Shown here: one piece after another, positions 34,508 to 35,193 of the stretch
Position numbering within the stretch: the first letter of the stretch is position 1
Layout of the letters: each line of letters starts with the position of its first letter
Virus record (IMG/VR): IMGVR_UViG_3300048819_000127
Location: 1-35,193 of that record
Length of the DNA stretch: 35,193 nucleotides
Source: a virus
Taxonomy: Duplodnaviria; Caudoviricetes
Direction: 5' to 3' (one strand)
Program-made: the position numbers and the translations under genes
Notes under the pieces: model-generated
The model's database searches: none
What the model was told of the DNA's origin: nothing
Seen by the model: only the letters and a program-made list of their open reading frames with translations

Positions 34508-34513
34508 AGGCGG

Positions 34514-35193
34514 ATGGTCCGCGTCTACCGGTATCGGATCTATCCGACGCGAGCCCAAGACGTTGCGCTCCGGGAGACGCTCTACCGTCTGCGCGAGCTG
34601 TACAACGCCGCGCTCCAGCACCGACGCGACGCGTACCGCAAGTCGGGCGCTACCGTCTCGGCGTACGACCAGATGCGAGAGCTTGCCGGCGTTCGCGAAG
34701 TTCGCCCCGAGTACGCCAGCATCCACACCCATCTCTTGCAGGACGCCATCACTCGGCTCGACCGGGCTTACCGCGCGTTCTTTCGTCGGGTCAAAGCTGG
34801 CGAAACGCCCGGCTTCCCTCGCTTCAAGGGCCGTGGCCGCTACCGCACCTTCACGTTCAAGGACGCCGCGAACCACAACGGCGTCCGTCTCCTGGCAGGC
34901 GGCAAGCGGGTCAAGCTTGCCGGCATCGGCAACGTCAAGGTCAAGCTCCACCGCCCCGTTGAGGGGCGCATCAAGCAGGCCTCCGTGTCGCTCGACGGGG
35001 ATGGTCACTGGTACATCGCCTTCGCGTGCGCCGACGTTCCCGCGCGCCCGCTCCCCCCGCTCGACACCAGCGTCGGGATCGACGTGGGTATCACGACATT
35101 CGCCGCGCTCAGCGATGGACCACCGGTCGACAACCCTCGTCCCTACGAAACCGCGCAGCGCTCTCTCGCTACGGCGCAACGTCGCGTGTCTCG
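34514..35193 (+). CDS. tnpB: Second TnpB, truncated by the window edge (absent from the ORF track)
   Basis: MVRVYRYRIYPT...LYNAAL..R..AY...AFFRRVKAGETPGFPRFKGRGRY...KLHRPVEGRIK...WYI...VGIDVGITTFAALSDG; RuvC-I Asp is present. Confidence 0.95.
   Translation, partial: MVRVYRYRIYPTRAQDVALRETLYRLRELYNAALQHRRDAYRKSGATVSAYDQMRELAGVREVRPEYASIHTHLLQDAITRLDRAYRAFFRRVKAGETPGFPRFKGRGRYRTFTFKDAANHNGVRLLAGGKRVKLAGIGNVKVKLHRPVEGRIKQASVSLDGDGHWYIAFACADVPARPLPPLDTSVGIDVGITTFAALSDGPPVDNPRPYETAQRSLATAQRRVS

Noticed and set aside
34322-35179. 285-aa minus-strand ORF
   Set aside because: Antisense shadow of the + strand tnpB starting at 34514.
1-35193. CRISPR array or stop-codon reassignment
   Set aside because: No regularly spaced direct repeats; conserved genes end at TAA, TAG and TGA at expected lengths.

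Overview
The whole window is the virion-morphogenesis region of a high-GC contractile-tailed (myo-type) phage or prophage. The + strand runs capsid cement, DUF2184-type major capsid, head-tail adaptor, neck, tail terminator, sheath, tube, an inserted accessory structural block, tail assembly chaperone with a -1 frameshift, a short tape measure, baseplate genes and a Gly-rich tail fibre. A second fibre module and membrane/lipoprotein genes follow. A Myxococcota/Polyangiales host is my inference from the P63C gene and the D-A/G-G/S-rich Cys lipoproteins. Selfish and accessory elements include two GIY-YIG genes (one broken), one EndoVII-type endonuclease, a complete IS605-family tnpB-only element, a second tnpB cut by the window edge, reverse-strand morons and a collapsed tRNA remnant. 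The most notable observations are four: (1) two fibre-like proteins carry lipoprotein signal peptides; (2) one ~55-aa module is grafted five times into adaptor, sheath and baseplate J; (3) about 18 genes have a -10 box, mostly G[CG]TAYCTT, usually 6 nt before the start codon, implying a leaderless promoter per gene; (4) host gene 3' ends are recoded, and start-region hairpins occur, at the homing-endonuclease genes. All family assignments come from motif recognition and synteny; no database search was run.
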